The translations under genes and the position numbers were made by a program. The notes beneath the pieces were generated by a model. That model did not search any database. It worked only from the letters and a program-made list of their open reading frames with translations, and had not been told where the DNA came from. Below are positions 56,519-60,181 of a stretch of DNA of 60,181 bases, in pieces. Numbering within the stretch: position 1 is the first letter of the stretch; each line of letters starts with the position of its first letter. Source of the DNA: Clostridia bacterium (GTDB taxonomy: Bacteria; Bacillota; Clostridia; Oscillospirales; CAG-272); assembly GCA_017539425.1 (NCBI GenBank), contig JAFYHA010000091.1:1-60181 (forward strand), in the 5' to 3' direction.

Positions 56519-57362
56519 ACTTTTTGAAAGACTCGCCGACTATTTCCGTTTCCCGTTTGTCCGGTATGCGCTGATCGTAGGCGTACTGATCGCCCTGTGC
56601 GCTTCGCTGCTGGGCGTCACCCTGGTGCTCAAGAGATTCTCATTCATAGGAGACGGCCTGTCCCACGTCGCGTTCGGGGCCATGGCTGTCGCTGCGGTAA
56701 CCGGGCTTACCAACCAGATGGTCATCGTGATGCCGGTCACCATTCTCTGCGCCGTGCTGCTCCTCAAAACCGGACGGAACGCACGCGTCCGCGGAGACGC
56801 CTCCATCGCCATGCTGTCTGTCGGAGCTCTGGCCCTGGGCTATCTTTTGATGAACCTGTTTCCGGTCTCCTCGAACATATCCGCGGACGTATGCTCCACG
56901 CTCTTCGGCTCTCAGTCGATCCTGACGCTGACCAGCTGGGAAGTCTGGCTCTGTCTGGGGTTGTCCATTTCGGTGGTCCTGATCTTCCTGGTTCTCTATA
57001 ATCGGATCTTCGCGGTCACCTTCGACGAGTCGTTTGCAAGTGCTACCGGAATCCGGGTAGGAGTGTACAACCTGATCATCGCGGTCACGACAGCGGTCGT
57101 CATCGTCCTGGCCATGAATCTTGTGGGATCCCTGCTGATCTCAGCGCTGGTCATCTTCCCGGCCTTGTCCGCTATGCGGGTTTTCAACAACTTCAAATCG
57201 GTGACGATTTGTTCTGCAGCCATTTCCGTAAGTTGCGCCGTCCTGGGAATCCTCGTCTCGGTTCTCTGGGAAACGCCCACCGGTCCGACCATTGTGGCCG
57301 CCGACATCGTATGCTTCGGAGCGTTTTTCATTATCGGAAAAATCCGTCGGGGAAATACATAA
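56511..57362 (+). CDS. znuB: Metal ABC transporter permease (ABC-3 family)
   Basis: Eight or nine TM helices, typical ZnuB length. Overlaps znuC by 8 nt. Confidence 0.8.
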   Translation: MAELFERLADYFRFPFVRYALIVGVLIALCASLLGVTLVLKRFSFIGDGLSHVAFGAMAVAAVTGLTNQMVIVMPVTILCAVLLLKTGRNARVRGDASIAMLSVGALALGYLLMNLFPVSSNISADVCSTLFGSQSILTLTSWEVWLCLGLSISVVLIFLVLYNRIFAVTFDESFASATGIRVGVYNLIIAVTTAVVIVLAMNLVGSLLISALVIFPALSAMRVFNNFKSVTICSAAISVSCAVLGILVSVLWETPTGPTIVAADIVCFGAFFIIGKIRRGNT

Positions 57363-57395
57363 CCTGATTCGACCCCAACCGTCTCCACGATAGTG

Positions 57396-57442
57396 AAACA
57401 CTGATTTTGATACGATAATAATCATCGAAATCAGTGTTTTTT
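57396..57442 (+). terminator. Intrinsic terminator of the znu operon
   Basis: AAACACTGATTT ... AAATCAGTGTTT (12-bp arms) followed by TTT. Confidence 0.8.
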
Positions 57443-57496
57443 ATGCTTGCCGGGAACACCCGTGACTTCATGAGTAGTTCACATTCCAAATAGAGA

Positions 57497-57525
57497 TTTA
57501 CAAAATGGAAGGGACTCGGTATAAT
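57497..57525 (+). promoter_or_regulatory. Promoter of the RHH gene
   Basis: TTTACA, 17-nt spacer, TATAAT. The track's ATG at 57524 lies inside the -10, so the CDS start was moved to 57551. Confidence 0.65.
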
Positions 57526-57550
57526 GGTTACAAAAAAGGAGCGTAATGAT

Positions 57551-57820
57551 ATGACGACTCTTGTCAAAAGTACCGTCAACCTTAATCGATATTATATGGA
57601 ACAACTGGAACGGTTTGTTCGTATGAATCGGATTTCTTCTGTAACAGAGGGGATCAATGACGCGCTGGAAGCATATGTCAAAGACACTCAAAAAGCAATA
57701 TATGAGGAACAAATGGCAGAAGCAGCAAAAGATCGTGCATTCATGGAGAGAACGATAGGATCTCATTCAAAATTTGAACAGATTGACCATGAAGGACTGA
57801 CTTTGGAGGAAGAATGTTAA
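57551..57820 (+). CDS. Ribbon-helix-helix antitoxin-like protein (MazE/EndoAI-like)
   Basis: 89 aa. STVNLNRYYMEQLERFV...SSVTEGINDALEAYV (RHH pattern) with an acidic C-terminal half. AGGAG RBS. Lies in a low-GC islet. Confidence 0.5.
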   Translation: MTTLVKSTVNLNRYYMEQLERFVRMNRISSVTEGINDALEAYVKDTQKAIYEEQMAEAAKDRAFMERTIGSHSKFEQIDHEGLTLEEEC

Positions 57821-57957
57821 AGATGACTCTTTGTACGATTGGCTTTGTGAAGCAATTGACACGATTCAAACTTGATACTATAGCGGCACTCACTCGGGTC
57901 TTCAATCGCGAGTTTGCTTCACCAGTTTGCTGCAACCTTTACAAAATAATAAAATAG
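57814..57957 (+). pseudogene. Possible truncated toxin partner (47-aa ORF)
   Basis: Its ATG overlaps the antitoxin stop (ATGTTAA). IGFVKQLTRFKLDTIAALTRVF weakly resembles the C-terminal IG...D.VDEAL end of MazF/PemK. The N-terminal ~70 aa of such a toxin are absent. Confidence 0.2.
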
Positions 57958-57960
57958 GAC

Positions 57961-57989
57961 TTGACACGGGCATTCCGATTTGCTATAAT
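57961..57989 (+). promoter_or_regulatory. rpsF-ssb-rpsR promoter
   Basis: TTGACA, 17-nt spacer, TATAAT (perfect). Confidence 0.8.
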
Positions 57990-57995
57990 CCAATC

Positions 57996-58071
57996 TCGGT
58001 GCGGGCTGAAATGGCCTGGCTCCTTACCATACAGTGCATGTATGGTCATATGTCCATAGGGAGGTAAAACA
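57996..58071 (+). promoter_or_regulatory. rpsF 5' leader with hairpin (possible S6:S18 autoregulatory element)
   Basis: ACCATACA gtgca TGTATGGT hairpin at 58026-58046, just upstream of the GGGAGG RBS. Confidence 0.3.
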
Positions 58072-58560
58072 ATGGATAACACAACGCACATTTATGAGAC
58101 GATGTTCGTCGTCAACACCACCGTCGACGAATCCGTCACAAAGGCAACCGTGGAAAAGTTTACTTCTCTGATTGCATCCAACGGCGAGACCCTGAAGGTC
58201 ACCGATATGGGCAAACGCAGACTTGCGTATCCCATCGACGACATGACCGAAGGCTACTACACCGTTGTCTGCTTCAGTAGTGAACCTGATTTTCCGCGCG
58301 AACTGGAACGTCTGTACAACATTGACGAAAACGTCATGCGTTCCATCGTACTGAGACTCGAGGCCGCTCCTGCTCCGGATCCAGTCGTGGAGACCAAGGA
58401 AGAGGAAACCGTCTCCGAGGAACCCGCCGCTGAAGAAGCCGTCGCGGAGACAACTGAAGAAACCGCTCCGGAACAGGCTGAAGAATCTGCTGAAGAGCCC
58501 AAGGCTGAAGAACCGGTTGAAGAAACCGCGGAAGAGCCCAAGGCCGAGACCGCAGAGTGA
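58072..58560 (+). CDS. rpsF: 30S ribosomal protein S6 with 65-aa acidic C-terminal extension
   Basis: YETMFVV...GKRRLAYPI core (about 97 aa), followed by a Glu/Ala/Pro/Thr-rich tail. Confidence 0.95.
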   Translation: MDNTTHIYETMFVVNTTVDESVTKATVEKFTSLIASNGETLKVTDMGKRRLAYPIDDMTEGYYTVVCFSSEPDFPRELERLYNIDENVMRSIVLRLEAAPAPDPVVETKEEETVSEEPAAEEAVAETTEETAPEQAEESAEEPKAEEPVEETAEEPKAETAE

Positions 58561-58599
58561 TTCCGTCCCGCTTTCTTTACACTTTAAGGAGGAAGTATT

Positions 58600-59076
58600 A
58601 TGTCTAGCCTGAATCTCAACAAAGTCATCCTTTGCGGACGTCTGACCAAAGATCCCGACCTGAGACAGACACAGGGCGGCGTTCCGGTCCTGTCTTTCAC
58701 GCTTGCCATCAACCGCCGGTTCACCAAATCGGACAGAGCCGATGCCGGACAGACGCAGCAGGCGGATTTCATTAATCTCGTGGCCTGGCGTCAGACTGCG
58801 GAATTCATTTCCAAATTCTTCAAGAAAGGGTCTGCGCTTTGCGTGACCGGTTCCATCCAGACACGTCAGTGGACAGATCCGTCCACTCAGACCACCAAGT
58901 ATTCCACCGAGGTCATCGTGGATGAAGCGATGTTCGTGGATTCCCGCAATGAAAACGGGGCTTCCCAGGATACGGCCTATATGCCGGAATCCTACAAGTC
59001 TTCCGCTCCTTCCTATTCCAATTCGGACAATGCCGGATTCGAAGAGGTCAAGAGCGATGACGACCTGCCGTTCTGA
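58600..59076 (+). CDS. ssb: Single-stranded DNA-binding protein
   Basis: LNKVILCGRLTKDPDLR OB fold and C-terminal DDDLPF tip. Confidence 0.95.
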   Translation: MSSLNLNKVILCGRLTKDPDLRQTQGGVPVLSFTLAINRRFTKSDRADAGQTQQADFINLVAWRQTAEFISKFFKKGSALCVTGSIQTRQWTDPSTQTTKYSTEVIVDEAMFVDSRNENGASQDTAYMPESYKSSAPSYSNSDNAGFEEVKSDDDLPF

Positions 59077-59112
59077 CCGGACAGGCACACACTAACTGGA
59101 GGTTAACACAAA

Positions 59113-59394
59113 ATGGATAAAACAGAAAACGCGGCCGCAACCGCGCAGGCTGCCCCTGCGGCACGTCCCGCCCGCCCGGCCATCCACAGAAGAAAGAAAG
59201 TTTGCATCTTCTGCGTGGATAAAGTCGACTATATCGATTACAAGGACACACGGAAACTGTACAAGTTTATCAACGAAAACGGCAAGATCCTGCCCAGACG
59301 TGTTTCCGGTGCCTGCGCCAAACATCAGCGCGAAGTCAACATCGCGATCAAGCGCGCCCGCCAGATGGCTCTGCTGCCTTACGTGATCGACTGA
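59113..59394 (+). CDS. rpsR: 30S ribosomal protein S18
   Basis: [18 protein letters not shown]...[14 protein letters not shown]. Confidence 0.95.
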   Translation: MDKTENAAATAQAAPAARPARPAIHRRKKVCIFCVDKVDYIDYKDTRKLYKFINENGKILPRRVSGACAKHQREVNIAIKRARQMALLPYVID

Positions 59395-59410
59395 CAATCC
59401 GATACGATTC

Positions 59411-59441
59411 AAAAGGTTCTGCAAATCCGCAGGACCTTTTT
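59411..59441 (+). terminator. Terminator of the rpsF operon
   Basis: AAAAGGTTCTGC aaatcc GCAGGACCTTTTT. Confidence 0.8.
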
Positions 59442-59444
59442 CTG

Positions 59445-59473
59445 TTGACTGAGCGGATCACTTGTGCTAGACT
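59445..59473 (+). promoter_or_regulatory. Promoter of the YcxB-like gene
   Basis: TTGACT, 17-nt spacer, TAGACT. Confidence 0.55.
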
Positions 59474-59538
59474 ATGGATAGGATTTCGGACTTCTCTCCG
59501 GCATCCGTAGGTATTCCATAAGTCAGGAGGCGCCACAA

Positions 59539-60095
59539 ATGCCGGAACCGATCTGCGCAGCCGAATTCACCTATACCAAAGAGATACATCTTGCCTTCAC
59601 CAGGTGTTTCTTCAGACACTTCACAATCAAGCGCTTTTTACTTGCCGAAGTGCTCTATCCACTGATTGCGTTCCTGCTCTATTTCCTCATCATGATGATA
59701 GAGGGAAAACCGATCCATACCGTCGATGCCTGCTGTACTGGGCGCTTCCCGCGTTGGTTCTGTTCAATATCCTCTTCTGGCCCGCAATGGCAATCGGAGT
59801 TCGCCGGAGGTATCGCAAGACCTTAACAAATTGTGGAGGAGAGGCTCCGGTCTTTTCCTGTTCCTTTTTTGAGAGCGATTACCAGATAGAATTGAGAGTC
59901 CAGGGCACAGTCAAGGAATCCTTCACCAATTCCTATGCGCTTATGTCCCGGATCATTGCGGATAACAGAATTCTGTTGTTCATCTGGCCTGCGAAGAACA
60001 GTGGCTTCGCCCTGCCTTTGGCATTTCTGGACGATCCGGACCGCCTGCTTTCCGTCCTGAGCGGCTTGCCGAATTTTAAGGATGCGCGTCGGTAA
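59539..60095 (+). pseudogene. YcxB-like two-TM protein split by a 1-nt frameshift (or assembly error)
   Basis: The ORF at 59539 (TM1 LLAEVLYPLIAFLLYFLIMMI) and the ORF ending at 60095 (TM2 LLYWALPALVLFNILFWPAMAI plus a C-terminal domain) join only by a -1 shift near 59700-59730, next to GGGAAAACC. Confidence 0.55.
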
Positions 60096-60181
60096 CGTCC
60101 CCCGAAAAAAACACGTTCGAAAAAGCCCCGGCTCGAAAGCTGAGGCTTTTTTGTATGGGATCCGGGTGCGGTCGGAATTAG

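Noticed and set aside
57524-57550. ORF-track N-terminal extensions, e.g. 57524 for the RHH gene, 27671 glyA, 23641 aquaporin, 11379 msrC, 19977 mscS, 49267 lipoprotein, 41879 guaB
   Set aside because: Each extension runs through the gene's own RBS or -10 element. An internal ATG, GTG or TTG with a GGAGG-type RBS at 6-10 nt gives a product of canonical length.

Overview
This is a 60-kb chromosomal segment from a fairly high-GC Gram-positive bacterium (GC judged by eye in the high 50s percent), most likely a Clostridia-class Firmicute. Support for that: a T-box leader on thrS, an rpsF-ssb-rpsR operon, many TTGACA-17-TATAAT promoters, GGAGG-type ribosome-binding sites, a CotH protein and sortase-like tails. 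I call about 46 protein genes, one tRNA-Gly(CCC), one T-box leader, and many promoters and hairpin terminators. Housekeeping genes present are pfkA, dusB, glyA, thrS, polA, radA, guaB, prs, rpsF-ssb-rpsR and a zur-znuABC-like operon. They are interleaved with accessory glycan and cell-surface genes: two beta-helix glycosidase-like proteins, a GH32-like enzyme, a cytoplasmic heparinase II/III-like protein, a CotH lipoprotein, a 913-aa lipoprotein, and three large anchored surface proteins. I found no CRISPR array, transposase, integrase, phage gene, reverse transcriptase or recognisable defence-system enzyme, so I cannot point to a canonical novel system. The most unusual items are listed here. 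(1) A paralogous surface-protein family is built from a roughly 150-aa module I cannot assign (GWNH-x-LP, WYWVG, DNF). (2) A Cys-containing C-terminal tail (GCGS, then a TM helix, then RKK) is shared by two otherwise unrelated surface proteins; it resembles MYXO/SYNERG-CTERM-type sorting signals, and a third protein carries an NPYTGD sortase-like signal. (3) A T-box-led array with no internal terminator runs thrS, heparinase-like, DUF2974, SDR, polA. (4) A divergent methylglyoxal-synthase-like protein. (5) A low-GC islet holds a MazE-like antitoxin and a truncated partner. (6) A 30-aa hydrophobic small ORF sits in an AT-rich spacer. All homology calls come from reading motifs by eye; no database search was run.
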